A DNA stretch of 63,997 nucleotides, counting the filler, from Basidiobolus ranarum (Eukaryota), in NCBI GenBank assembly GCA_040143965.1. It is 8 parts of 8 records of this genome, joined end to end, with 100 filler letters (N's around TTAATTAATTAA, not from the genome) between each part and the next. Parts side by side here need not be neighbours in the genome. Positions count along the whole stretch, not along the records: positions 1 to 7,985 come from JASJQH010001036.1; positions 8,086 to 16,064 come from JASJQH010001037.1; 6 more parts are not named here. One strand, written 5' to 3'. Under the pieces are notes generated by a model. That model was not told the DNA's origin and ran no database searches. It saw nothing but the letters and a program-made list of their open reading frames with translations. This document shows, one piece after another, positions 1 to 13,178 of the stretch (positions within the stretch are counted from its first letter, which is position 1; every line of letters starts with the position of its first letter). Made by a program: the position numbers and the translations under genes.

Positions 1-1338
1 AATCAGTTTCAAAAAATTGAGCCAATCTTGGAGTGATCCAGTTGAAGTTGCTCCGGCTACAGATACGAAAAGTATCAAAAGGATGATGCCATTAACTTAC
101 CTCGAATGAAGTGACATCCCTGCTAACAGAGAAGCATATGATGTTTTTTATTGAAAGCGTTTCGACATGTCATCCAGTGATAATGGTCTGTCACATTAGC
201 ACCACTACCAACTAATATAATTATATTGGGGTTTGTCCCTGCATCAAACATTGCTGAAATGGCCATAGTCGTGATGGTAATATACTGCTAATAATAAACT
301 TAGCATTACTCAGAACTATAGCCGAGTGTTGGTGACAAAGAAATAGTTAGAAATAATCGTGTGTATCACCACAAAGTAATCAATTATTACTACAGCAGAG
401 CCTGTAGAACACCTAACTAATAAAACACTTTCAGTCTGGAAGAATAACCAATAAGAAATAATGGCGGAGTGAGTTTTCGGGAGCTGGAACATATTAATAT
501 ACACTTGGTAGTGAGCAGTGTCCATCTCACATGCTGCTAGTTTATGCTTGGCGTGAGGATCTCTAGCGACAGCACATATTGAATTGTAGAGAATTACATC
601 AAGGTGAAAAGTTACTTCCTAAATGGAAATAAGTATTGAAATGTCTAATTGTTGGAGTGATCGAGGTATGCAGGAGCTTGATTTTTGCAGTAACCGAGAT
701 AGCCATTTAGATTCCCTTTCAAGTTCGCCATCTATCCTTGCATTAAAACTTCTTATTCACTGCTCGATAGCTTTTAAATCGATATCATATATAATCCTTT
801 CGATTAATGTCAAAGTTTCACACGAGAAATCAGCTGAAGTTAACAGAAGAGAGCCTTCATCAAGCTGTTTCCGCGTTTACTCATTTACTAAGACCGAGGC
901 CTACTGATGAGGACAGGCTCGAGTGACCATGAATTACTTGAGGCATTATCAACGAGCATTAGTAAAGATGGTAAGTAAAATGTTTATGGCATTATCGGCA
1001 TGTAATGCCAAAAAAGTGACACGAAAGAGATAATTCAGATTTATTTTGAATCAGGAAGTCGTTGAAAATGTGAATGCACTTGTTTAGATTAGTAAGCCTG
1101 CCAAAACTTTGGAACTGAAACATCTCTCATTATTTCGACATTCGTGATCAAGATGATTAGAGAGTGTACACAAACTGCTTGACTGATGGAAGTGCCACCA
1201 CGGCTGAGCTCACATTACCATCTGCATATAACCAATGCATTTTCGATATAAATATCCCCTTATATCTCTTCAGATTTCTCCAGTTTACAACAGACTGTGA
1301 ATCACCCTCAACTCTTTCATACAACTTATTAACCGACC

Positions 1339-1920
1339 ATGTGTGCAATCTTTGCCTACCTGAACTATGTTGTTGAAAAAGATATAAAGTACATCCTTGA
1401 GACTCTCCTCAATGGTCTATCTCGCTTTGAATATCGTGGTTACGATTCAGCTGGTATGTGCCATGATAAGCCATTATTGATCTATAGATTGTTAATTCTT
1501 TACAATAATTTAGGTTTGGCCATTGATGGTGATGACGAAAATGAAGATTTAGTCTACAAACAAGTTGGTAAGGTAGCTGCTCTACATAAAGAAGTCCAAG
1601 ATCAGGTCAACCTTGACATGTTCAAATCATACACGTTGGGCTACTCATGGACAGCCTTCTCCTATCAATGCATATCCTCACCGTTCGGACACTAAAAATG
1701 AATTCACTGTTCTTCATAACGGTATCGTAACCAACTTTAAGGAGTTACTAACTATAAGGGATATACCTTCGAGTCTGAGACAGATACTGAAGCCATTGCA
1801 AAGCTTATCGAATATATTTTTGATTCTTAAAAGGCCCAAAACAATATTCTTACCTTTCCTGACCTCATCAAGAGTGTTTGTAAAATAAATTAATCGGTCA
1901 TTCTCTTCAAGTGATTCCAA
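1339..1920 (+). pseudogene. GFA1: Glutamine-fructose-6-phosphate aminotransferase, N-terminal glutaminase-domain fragment, frameshifted and truncated
   Basis: MCAIFAYLNY...GLSRFEYRGYDSAG, then a GT-AG intron (1454-1513), then [20 protein letters not shown] and HNGIVTN follow in another frame. Frameshifts, and similarity ends near 1920 with no SIS domains. Confidence 0.9.
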
Positions 1921-2052
1921 TTCCAGATTCTAAGTTTATGCCCAAGAGAAAAGTGATACAAAGTTATCACCTTTATCGAGTATGAGGTATAGAATTATTT
2001 AGACAGTAGATATTCACTGAACAAATGCAGACAAATAAGAGTATTGAGAATA

Positions 2053-2094
2053 GCAGTCTCTCTGGAGGCGTGGGTTCGAACCTCACTCTCATCA
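2053..2094 (+). pseudogene. 3' fragment of a tRNA-Leu-like gene (variable arm, T-arm, acceptor 3' strand)
   Basis: AGTCTCTCTGGAGGCGTGGGTTCGAACCTCACTCTCATCA followed by a T-run. B-box present. No D-arm/A-box or anticodon arm upstream. Confidence 0.65.
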
Positions 2095-2632
2095 TTTTTA
2101 TTTACTACCTATACAGAGGAAATTTATCAGGATATTTGGAGATATTTACACTTTTCTTGAGAATTCCATTTGGAAAAAGTGAACATTCAATTAAAGAGGT
2201 ATTTCGGAATTGCTGCAAAATACAACCAACCAATTTTGCAAAAACACTCTTGTCTCAATCCAAGTTAGTCTTTCATACAAGATTACTACTTCTACTAGAG
2301 AAGCTTATCAAGAGCCAAAGTCGATAAAAATCAACTGTTTAAATGAAAAAGTACTTGAATCATTTTCTCGATTCAGAACCAATCCCGATCATTGAAATTC
2401 TTTCCTACTCGCTGATGTCATACAACTCTTCTATAATTAAAGTTAATCGCGATTCTATACTGATAGCATCATAATAACGTGTCCCGTCCTACCATGAGGC
2501 AAGAAGCCACTTACCCTAGATCGAGAAATAGTTTCTTCGATTTAGAGTTTCACCGTTTTTCCATGTATTCTGTCTAGTAAAAGCAAAGATATAAATACCA
2601 CCGTTAATCAGTAGCTAGACATATCAACTACC

Positions 2633-3375
2633 ATGAAAAGTACCATTCAATATCTTCTTATTCAGACTTTAGCTGCCTATTCTGCGCTAGCTTGTGCACC
2701 CCCTACCGCTTGTCCACCTGAGGGATTCAATTCATTGACAACCTTCAATTTAACCGAGTATACTTCTGCTCCATGGTACGTTCAGCAGCAAAAAACCTTA
2801 AGCTATCAGCCGCTAAGCGATCTATACTGTGTACAAGCAGTTTACAAAGTTCTCAACGATAGTGAAGGTATTATATATATTGTTAAATTTCTCATTATCC
2901 ATTCAACTACTAAAATGCCCGACTTTTCTCAGTGGAGGTCAACAATTATTCCAATACAAATGGGACTAACGCCAGCCCAAGTCACACTACTCAGTTACGC
3001 GCTTTCATCCCTGATTCCCAAGTAAAATCAAAGCTAAAGGTCGGGCCTAAGGGAGCGCCTATTGAAGCTTACAGTGACTATTGGGTTCTAGCAGCCGGTC
3101 CACGGGAGGATCATTACGAATGGGCATTAATTTCCGGTGGAGTGCCAAAGAAAAGAGCAGACAATGGATTTTGTGATAACGAAGATACATATAACAATGC
3201 TGGGCTTTGGATATTCTATAGAAAACCAGTAGCTTCTCCAAAAGTAATTCACAAAGTTAGAAAAATCGCCCAAGAAAAAGGCTGGGATCTGAGAAAGTTA
3301 AAACCTGTTATTCAAAAGGGATGTAAATATCTTTCAGATGGCATTATTGAACCTCCAAACCGCTCCAATCCTTGA
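2633..3375 (+). CDS. Secreted lipocalin-like protein, 2 exons (2633-2867, 2933-3375), 225 aa
   Basis: Signal-peptide-like N-terminus. Lipocalin-type motifs FNLTEYTSAPWY, YWVL, YEWALISGG and GLWIFYRKP. Intron 2868-2932 (GTATTA...CAG) joins the two ORFs in frame. TATA-like ATATAAATA near 2589. Confidence 0.85.
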
Positions 3376-3845
3376 ATCCACCCCGTTTTTTACCCCAAGT
3401 AAATATCGATTTCAATATCACGTAATTTAAAGTAATTTACAGTTAGCAACTCTCAAATTACTTGGTAAATACTTACATATGAACCCAATGATCCAAGTTA
3501 CTATTTACATGGCCATCATTAGCTAATACGGTGAAACTAGAAGAGACTGTTTCCATAATCGTATAGTAAAATGGTTGATGAATCCCATTCCCGTGCTCAT
3601 TCTAGATGGAGAGTACTTGAACAGTCCCACTTTACCTTTGCTTCTTCAGCACATCGGACATAAAAAGTAAGGCTGCATCCTGTATTGGTTTATATTGAAT
3701 ATTTTGTTTCAATCGTGTACAACAAGAGACGAATGATATTCCAAATTATTGTACATGAGCCTCAAGAGAAGGCAATAGTAATAATATCAATTCCTTTAGT
3801 GCTCTAACTTGGGATGAATTGTGGCCAATTAAGTAGGTTACCAGA

Positions 3846-3917
3846 GCTTGCTTAGCACCGTGGCAGCGCGGCAGTCTCGTAAACTGAAGGTCACCAGTTC
3901 AATCCCAGCAGCAGGCG
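3846..3917 (+). tRNA. tRNA-Thr(CGT), probably degenerate (pseudo-tRNA)
   Basis: Acceptor stem GCTTGCT/AGCAGGC, anticodon arm CAGT-CTCGTAA-ACTG and a T-run terminator. The T-stem ACCAG/CCAGC pairs poorly. Confidence 0.7.
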
Positions 3918-6092
3918 CTTTTTAAACGACCATCAGAATTGGAAAATCGATTGATGTTCTGAAGTTTAATGAGTATAAACAAATTAAATCTATTGCTATA
4001 TTTACTACTGTCCAACTATTAAATCTTCAGATTGATTTCCTGGAATTATTTCAATTTGGAGCCGATGACTATTTAAATGATTTTACATCTATTCAATGTA
4101 CTATCACTCCCAGTTATTGCTACTTGTTTCTGATCACATTTCCTTACTATTGTAGTGAAATGACAGATACATAATTGAGTTGATAAATCCATGTTGTCCT
4201 TCGTTTACTAAATCCAATCGATCTTCGGTATAAAAGATGACCGTCTAATTAATATGAAATTTGTCTCTTTGGTAATGTTGTTCTTCAGAGTCATCACTTC
4301 GTTCCTCCTTAACAAGTTCTTCCCTCTTTGAGCACAAACATTCCAATGAATATAAAAACCATCATCATTTGGGGTTCGAACAAGAGGTTTGGAAAACAAC
4401 GCTCAACAGTTAATATATTAAGATACTTTCAAACAAGTATTCTTTTTAGTCGTATTTAAATCTTAAGAAAAACATTAAAACTGAGATTGTAGATTCTTTT
4501 TAGCTCCTACATATTAACCAATCTGCGACCAATTTGTTTTCACTTTCTCGATCCGTTGAGAGATTATTATAATATAAATCACCAATCATTAGAAGATTCG
4601 GATGAGATCATACTCATAGCGATAACGAAGATAATTCTGCGGGATGTTCATACTCGTTATCTTACACATCCTGCTCGCATTGGCGACCGTAACGAGAACG
4701 AGGATAGTTCTGTTAGCCATTGCAGAGGGAATTTTCTCTCTCATGTTGGTTTTTTAGTTCATCTTGCTCGTAATGGCAGCTATAACGAAAGTTGTTTTGC
4801 TTATCACTTATGTGAGTTGGACCTCTTTCGAAGTGGTTTTGTGATTGATGTTGGTTAGAAGGCATGATTAATTTAGAAAGTATTCATTTACTTGCTATCA
4901 AATTAAATGGTATTCAAGTATAGTTCTATGTTCACTCGTTGTTCCGTTTTATAACAAAAAGTGGCTTAGAAAGCAAACACATGAAGACTAAGCCACCACC
5001 CTGAAGGATTACAGTTATGGCAATACGCAATAATTTCCAAATGTTACTCGTACATACTAGCATGGATGATTATATTCTTAATCCCTTCCCATCAGTATGT
5101 AAGTATCACCTCATATCATAGCAAGAGTTTATAATTCGTGTAGTTGGATTTTGTCTAGTCTATCACGACAGACTATAGAAAACAACAGTTACCCAGGGAA
5201 GTCACGTGATCTGATGATATAAATCAATACGAATCTACACAATGGATATATTTATCGTATTAGTATTGTATATGATATTAAACTTTGAGTATTAGTTTAC
5301 CTGTAGTGCTTGGCCTGCTTAAAATAAAGAGTTTTATATGAATTTTCTAGACTGTTTACATTGATCAAAGTAACCAACTATACATGCGTGTTTTTTGTAT
5401 CCTAATTGTGAGCTATTATTTCTGCTCGTGTGCCATATCTACTTTTCTTGTTGTAAACCTTATCACTCCCATTAAAGTAACTAAGGGATAGACAATGACA
5501 TATGCCATAAAATGTGTCGTCATATACAATGTCGATATACTTGCTAGTAACTCTAAATACGTGATATTTTTATCAACAAGCTCATGGTATTTATCGCACT
5601 ATGCTTGATTGAGTATCCTGTATTAGTCAGTATTGGGTGGTTATCTAGCACAAAATAAGTACGGAAACGGCTTGTGTTACTTGATCAGATTGCGGAAAAT
5701 ATACTGTCATCATCTGTGCAACTTCGGTCCATAACTCCATACAAATTAGGCTTGGACTAGAGATTGATAGTACAGCCCTAACTGATTGCCCACTGCATGT
5801 GTTTGTTAAGATTGAATCTAACATTGTATACACTTTCCGTAGTAACTGGTGGTCCACAAGCATTTAGATTGACAAACTAATTTTTTGCTATTATTATAAG
5901 CTTCACAGCTGCAGTAGCGAGTTTGCTTCCTTCTAGGTCTGTTGTGAGATTCCCATCTAACGAAAAACTCTCACGAAAATTTTGGCCCAATTAAGACGAC
6001 TATTCGGCTCCGTGACAGCATATTGGAAGCTATAAATGACGTCTGGCCCTCTCATCAACTCCCCATCTTTTCATCAATTTTTATTAACGCTG

Positions 6093-7053
6093 ATGAGTAC
6101 CCTTGACTTACATGAAGCCAATAGGCAGTCCTGGAACCAGGTAAAATTATTGACTATTGTTTGCTTGGTTTTGCTTTGACACGTTTATTGTTATCTTCCC
6201 CTTCTCATTATTTTGTTTATAGGCGACAGCGGCACATAATAGCCATAAGGTAGATCAAGCCACTTTTTTCAGAAATGGCGGATCAACATTATTTAGAGAA
6301 GAGAAAGAGATGCTAGGGCCTGACCTCTCTGGCCTGAACATTTGTCATCTCCAATGTAATGCAGGCCAAGATACGCTCTCGCTTGTAAGTCGCCTCAAAG
6401 CTCAGAACCCGATCGGAGTCGATATTAGTGATGTCGCCATTGATTTTGCTACTAAGCTCTCTGAACAGTCTGGCATGAAGGCAACCTTTATCCGCTCAGA
6501 CGTGTTTGATTTTTTCGATGATGTTCAATGGCACAATCAATTCGATCTAGTGTTTGTCAGCTATGGTGCTTTGAATTGGCTTTCGGATATCAAACGATGG
6601 GGTCGTGGAGTGAGCAATATCCTTAAGCTTGGTGGAAGACTTTGCTTAATCGAGTTCCACCCAACCATGTCCATGTTTAACTACGATATGGTGCGAGACT
6701 ACCCATACTCTAGCAACGGCGTAGCGATGTCAGAGCCATCTGGAGTGTCTGACTATGTTGGAAGATCTGGGAAAGAAGGAGAGGATCTCATGCCAGACCT
6801 GAAATTCAAGGCAGGTGTTCAAGATTTCCGGAACACCAGTCCAAGTCACGAGTTCTGTTGGGGTTTGGCCGATGTCATCAATTCCCTTCTAACCACTGGT
6901 GTTCAACTCACTGAGCTTAAAGAATACCCATATTCTAACTTTTGCAAGACTTATGCTACCATGAGAGAAGAAAAGGTGGAAGAAGGTACACGGTGGTATC
7001 CTGAAGAACCAATGCTACCTATGATGTTCTCCATTCAAGCCACTAAGCACTAA
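6093..7053 (+). CDS. Class I SAM-dependent methyltransferase, bacterial-like, 2 exons (6093-6140, 6223-7053), 292 aa
   Basis: Exon 1 MSTLDLHEANRQSWNQ, then a phase-0 intron 6141-6222 (GTAAAA...TAG), then ATAAHNSHK...GGSTLF. Motifs HLQCNAGQDTLSL, GVDISD, FDLVFVSYGALNWL and LKLGGRLCLIEFHP. Confidence 0.9.
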
Positions 7054-7985
7054 ATAGTAAACCTCTCGATGAACTTAGCATTATTTATATTCAAAACCGG
7101 GTGGTGGTGATAAGGAAACAATTCGATAGATAAGCGTGTGTTGTTAGCACAAAAGAATCGCATGTTTTGGTATCAGCACATGTAGAACATTTTGGTGGCC
7201 GTCATAAGCGATAAAGAATAAAATGCCTTCAAACTGAGAATAACGTTTTTTTTAAGAAATAATAGTACAAATTCATTTCCAGAGGTTGAATATATCAATA
7301 TGCACTTCATAGTAAACTGTGTTCATAAAGTAGATGAAGCCCCATTCTCATAGGGATATATAAGTGCAAAGAACAAATATTGCAGTATGAAATACAGTAG
7401 TAAAAACCTTAAAAAATGAGGAAGAAGTAGGATATTAAAACACTGCTCTTGCATTATGAGACACTGAACATCAAATGATCGCAAAGACCTGGAGAAGAAT
7501 ACTTTAGAGTAATCAGTGTTAGTAATGTTCTCTCTACCCAGATTATTCTATCTGAGTGATTTGAATGACAAGTGTCAAGTTGGTCATGGCGAAGAAACAA
7601 GGGAATGTGTCGTCAACTAATCTAATGAAGGAAGATTAAGGATATCTAAGCTCTCATTAATTTATTCAACTATAATTTTGTAAAAGCTCGTCTAGATAGT
7701 TCAAAAAGAGATTCATCCAAGTGTAGTGATGCCTTGGCTTGAATCCAATTATTCGAACACATAGGCTGTAACTCTTATTTCAACCCCACTGAGCACACTC
7801 CAATGGTTCAGCATCTTTTAAAATCGATAGTAATAAACTATGGCTTTTTGAAATCAGGTAAATTTAACCAAAACTTTAGGTTGAGAGCAATCATTTGGCT
7901 GTGAATGATTCTCAACTCTATTTCCTTTTCAAGATTTGTACCACTTGCACCGTTCTAGAAAAGTGCTTCTAATCCGCACAATGAT

Positions 7986-8085
7986 NNNNNNNNNNNNNNN
8001 NNNNNNNNNNNNNNNNNNNNNNNNNNNNNTTAATTAATTAANNNNNNNNNNNNNNNNNNNNNNNNNNNNNNNNNNNNNNNNNNNN
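7986..8085. other. Artificial contig spacer
   Basis: 44 N + TTAATTAATTAA + 44 N. Confidence 0.97.
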
Positions 8086-10514
8086 AGTGAATCAAGCTTT
8101 TTGACTTTAATCATTACAAATCAATGAAAAATCGACAGCGCTCCAGGCCAAATCCTTCACCTATAAAAGTATATTGTATTCAAAGAATTTCTTGATTGAT
8201 GAGGGGCAATTTATTCGTCCTACCATATCTGTTAAGGCTAAATGGCATGGGTGTGGGGTGAGTGGGGCTAATTAATTCAAATAGAGCTGCTCCTTCTACC
8301 AGGTGTGAGATGATCAAACTTGGCCTAGAATATTCGCCAAAGCTACAAGTTTAGCAACAGCGATATACTTTCGTAAATAGCAATCATTGCCGAAACTGGC
8401 TCAGATCAGAGTTGCTTAGTGTCAAATGTCAGATCCAATTGGTAAAGCATTTCAAGACAGGACTTGATTGTGAGGAGGTAGCCTTGCATGATTGAGTAAC
8501 TCAAGGCTAGTAAAGGTGATCATTGTCGGTTCTTGTCTAGAGAATCAGGCTAATATTTCAGCAGAGAAATGGCAGCATTGTGGTATCTCTATGGCTGCGC
8601 GACACACTAATTTTATACGCTACTGGCTGCTTTCTACCTATTGCCAAGACTACTTAGAGATTTTGTTCATCGTTACGGGTTATTGTCCCCGAGTTAGTTG
8701 GTGTGGGAAGAGGTTGAGCTATGAAGTGGGTTGATGAGTAAAAATTGTAATCACATTACCAGGCATATGATCCTATCAGTGGTTATGAAGCAATATGAAA
8801 TCAGAAATTGTGTTTGCTCTACATATCTGATTGAGTTTTGTGATAGTAGGCCTGTTCCATCCAGGCTGGGGGTTGTTAAACCTTGGCTCAATATAGTTCA
8901 GTAATGTTGATTGCAACCATTTAGGCCCAAGGGTGCTAGATAGTTCCAGATAGAACTCATATTTTTAGATTACTTATACGCAATTGCATATAGAGCATCG
9001 GACTTAATCGATTTGAACCAGTCTAGTGCCGTTTGATAATTTACTGCAGCACAAACAATGGAACATGGCAGAAGAGGCAAGGAAGGTAGCTGATATACAT
9101 GTTTTGCCTAATAGTCTTAGTCATTTTCAATTGTAGCAATATAAAATTAATAATTTTCATTGAAATCCAGATACTCAAATAGTAGTAGGTTATACTGACA
9201 AATCGACCATGCATCCATCGAGTTTTCTTGCTGGCTATGAAATATACTTTCAATCTGCTTTTACGGTTGTTTATGATGAAGGGGATATGCACAGTAATTA
9301 CGCAGTACATATGTATTGCTGAGTTAGTGGTATATATTCGCTCCTATGCTGAAAGTGTCAAAGCAAAGCAATGTAGTGTTTTGAGCATTAAGGCAGTGTA
9401 GTTTCTGAGTTATATTTGAGGTAATGTGCATAGAATGTTGGGTATATTATATAGAGATGATAGAATTTTAAAACCTGTTAAGCACTATATACATGCTTCT
9501 GTAGCTCTCTTACCACTCTCAAATCTCATTCTTGCCCCTCATTTTCAATAGGACTATAGATACTTCTTCAATCTAATATCATGTGAAATACCAATAATAG
9601 GTGTCAACTCATGCTGTTTGTAACCATTATGTTTCTCGAAATTTATATCAGGCTATGGGTTGTAGGCTTATTCCTTTATGTTTCCAGAATATGAGGTTTG
9701 TGAATGGCAAGACTTTTGTACATCTATATCCAGGGTGCTGTTGTAAGCGATTTTCGGCTGTAAGCAGCTTTTTGTAGAATAAACTTTTGAGTACATTTTG
9801 TCCAGGACGCAGTTTTGTTGGAAGCTGCTGTGTCAACAAGAATGGATATTTTGGATTTAACTTTTATCAACTATAGTTTTGGAGTAAATTCATTCTGTGT
9901 ATTTATAATATTAGTTGGGGTAGAAGTTGATCTTTTACATACTTAAAACACTTGTGAGGGTAGATTCACTTTTTGTGTAGTCAAAACACCACTTCAATCA
10001 TCTCGAAAAAGAGATGTACAATCAGACGCAAGTACAATATTTCAGAGGGAGTAGATCACAGATAATTTACGTTATTTACTCTTATATGGTCTTGTTTATT
10101 GGAAATGACCATCCATAACTTGATGAACTGGGTCCCAACTCTCCGTATATGAAATAAATAATATAACCTACCAGTTGGAGTGCCTTCCAATTTTTTCTCA
10201 CAAAGTGGATGCTATCTTGAATTGTTATTGCTACCGAAGTTTTATCCCATGTGTAGAAGACAGTTGGTTCATACTTCATCATCAACCGCATCCTTAGGAT
10301 TAGAGCTACTATATATATGCTAAGTCAATCTATTGAATTCCGCAAGAAACTCACTTTTACATCTTTCTTATTTACAAATGATTAGTGTTTGTAACTTTCC
10401 TCTGGAATCCTTAGTTGCCGTTGCTCTTGCCATTCCGTTCACTGAAGCTTAAGTTCTGGAGGTCCCCAATCACCACATTGTTAAGATCAAACATACTGCC
10501 GATGCAAATAACGT

Positions 10515-10577
10515 GAAATATAAGATAACTAAGCTATATATGACTATATAGGTGTTTAGGCAATGCTAATTTCAACA
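10515..10577 (-). mobile_element. Ty1/copia LTR fragment (5' end of the LTR)
   Basis: Reverse complement reads TGTTGAAATTAGCATTGCCTAAACACCTATATAGTC, as in the other LTR copies. Confidence 0.85.
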
Positions 10578-10601
10578 GATATTGGCCCATTCTCTCTATA
10601 G

Positions 10602-10720
10602 GTCGTATAGCGAATGAAACAGATATGGGCGGCTTAGCATTGTTCATGTGCTCAACAGCATCAGCATTTATTAACGGCTCTACTATTATTATTGATGGTG
10701 GTAGTGCGTTGTGGATGTAG
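10602..10720 (+). pseudogene. Orphan terminal exon of a short-chain dehydrogenase/reductase
   Basis: After a pyrimidine-rich ...CTATAG acceptor it reads GRIANETDMGGLALFMCSTASAFINGSTIIIDGGSALWM*, a typical SDR C-terminus. The upstream position is occupied by the LTR fragment. Confidence 0.7.
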
Positions 10721-11029
10721 TTTGATGAGAAATATCGCAACGGGGTTTTTTCATCTCACAACTGCATGTAATGCCTACTTTTTACTGTATTTCTCTGTTT
10801 AGCTCTCTCTAGAATAGCCCCACCAGCATTGGATATAGTGCAATGGATGTAGCAGATCCTTAGCCCCAATAAACCTTCTTTTCTACCTATTTTGATCAAT
10901 TACCAGTAACAATGATATTTCAGAAACACTGCAAGTATCAAAATAACTCGAATACTAAAGTTTATTTGTCAATACACCGGAGAAACATTGATGCTAGCTC
11001 TTCAACTATTGTTCAATGGAGGGATTGTA

Positions 11030-11470
11030 CTACTCTTGTTGCATTGGTTCATTTTGGGCGTAAGGTAACTGTTGGCCAAACTGCTCTTGACCGAGTATGG
11101 GGTTGAATGAATGTTCACCGCCCCGCTTCTTGGTATAAATTGATGCTGTTTGCTCTCCTTCAATTTCTGCGCTGGGTCCATCCTGATACTTGACTCTAGC
11201 TGATTTCCTATTGCTAGCTTTGGCAGTATTGAGGTTATCATGCTTGCGAGTAACGGTGATGAATTTCTGTCTCAGTAATGGGACACTAGCTACTGATGCT
11301 ACTCTTGTCGGAATCCCCTGGCTACAAAGATATCCTTGTTGAAGACACGGGCTACCTACATATTGACCATACACTTGTGGGCTATACTGGTAAGGATAGT
11401 AGCTTGCTGGAACGCCGGAGGCAGCGTGGAAGAGAACACCACAGGAAGCTAGTAGAGTGAATAGTTGCAT
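11030..11470 (-). CDS. Small secreted protein of unknown function, 146 aa, Q/Y-rich
   Basis: Hydrophobic N-terminus MQLFTLLASCGVLFHAASG, low-complexity Tyr/Gln-rich body and a TATA-like run near 11540. Confidence 0.65.
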   Translation of the reverse strand: MQLFTLLASCGVLFHAASGVPASYYPYQYSPQVYGQYVGSPCLQQGYLCSQGIPTRVASVASVPLLRQKFITVTRKHDNLNTAKASNRKSARVKYQDGPSAEIEGEQTASIYTKKRGGEHSFNPILGQEQFGQQLPYAQNEPMQQE

Positions 11471-13178
11471 ACTAGAAGGTCGATAGATATCGAAGTAGCT
11501 AAGGTCGGATACTTTGAAATATGAGTTAAAGAGCTACATATATATACTGGAGCACTCGTTTGAAAATGGCACAATATGGGTTTATTTCATTCAATAAACT
11601 TTTGAACCTCTATGTAGAATACAAAGGTTATGGTTACGAAGCATGGTATATACCAAAATTCGGAAGTATGGTATTATATAATTTCACCAGGTTTGATATG
11701 GCTAATACACCATGCTGTTAGTCAAATAATATTTAGCCAAAATTTTTAGCCTTCGCCACTAATTATTAATGTCACAAATTATATGATCAATTTACTCACA
11801 GTACCTAGGATTTGGGTTTTATATATTTAAGTTATTTACCTATCAAACATGCGTTTTGTTCTTACTATTAGTTGTATTGTGCGCAATTTTCTCCACAATT
11901 GATGTACTATTGCCATTGAACACTGTAGTAAATGTCAACACTGAGAGCACTAGTACATTACTCACTCCTGGTAGTTGCAATATTAATGCTGAGATAAAGG
12001 TCGTGGTAGCGAATGTCACTGTTGTTTGCCTTGAGAGTTACCTACCGACATAGTACCTAACTCGAGCACAGAGTGTCTCAATATTGAAGCATGCCTTAGG
12101 ATTGAATATTTACGCAATTGTATAACATAATGATGGTATTAAGATGGTTACTACTGTTCAGTAATTTAAGTCAACAATACGCTTGTATTATGCTTTCCAA
12201 TTAAGTAGCATTGTCATTGAATAAACTATTACCTACATATTGCTTTCCTCCTGGTTGCAAGTCAATTTTTGGCCGATCTTTTTTGTCTCAAGCACCATAA
12301 AACTACTCTATAGTTCGCTGAGAGTAGCAGGGATGATTTTGTCTAAATTTGTGTAGTTATTATTTTGAACATATACACCATTCTCTACTAATGTGGAGGA
12401 GATTTACAACTTTAGGCTTTTGAGAGAACTCATCCCTTCCTTTGAGCTGAACATCTTTTCTTCCAAGTTAGAAGTATGGCGTAAAATACAAATGTCTGCC
12501 CGATATCACCACTAGGAGTAGTATTCAACAGACTTTATCTAGCCCTAGCCTTGACGTTTTTATTCATTCAAGACTTATAGTATGGCTATCCATTACAAGA
12601 TGATAACAGTATTAGAGGCCATCATTACTTGTCAAAACTAGGATTTATTCGTCAGAATCTAAGTATAACCAAATATCTAAGGGAAGGTGTATCACATAAA
12701 ATGTTTCTCATCGAGATCGGTAACCTAATATTTGTTATTTCCGCCATGCATCATTCTTCTTCTCTCTCCTCCATACTTGTAGTCGTCACTTTTATATTTA
12801 TCATCGCCATGACCACCGTCGCTGTATCTTTTCTCTTTTTCCTCGCTCATTGTGCTCATCATAATCTTGATATCTGAGTTTGAATACACCCTAACAATGG
12901 GCTTTAGAGCTGATTAACACACCTGCGTAGAAGTGTATTCAGTTTCTTCGGAAGAGAATCTTCAGGCTATCTTATCCCTACCGACCCAACCAATTTAATA
13001 ATAAGAATTTCGTACAGTAGTATTGTCAGCATGATACGATGTGCATACATAAGCAACAATAATGGTTATTGTTAAAATAAAAGATGGACAGAAAGTAGGC
13101 GGTACATTTATATATCTCCGCAGTTTAAATTCTACAATCTGGACCGACGCGTACCAAGCACTTCAGTACTCGAATAAC

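Noticed and set aside
8030..8041. TTAATTAATTAA recurring about every 8 kb as a biological periodic motif
   Set aside because: Always centred in 88 Ns. It is an all-frame-stop linker added during concatenation.
12720..12960. Minus-strand low-complexity coding-like remnant (DDKYKSDDYKYGG)
   Set aside because: No start, the frames are broken, and no family can be assigned.
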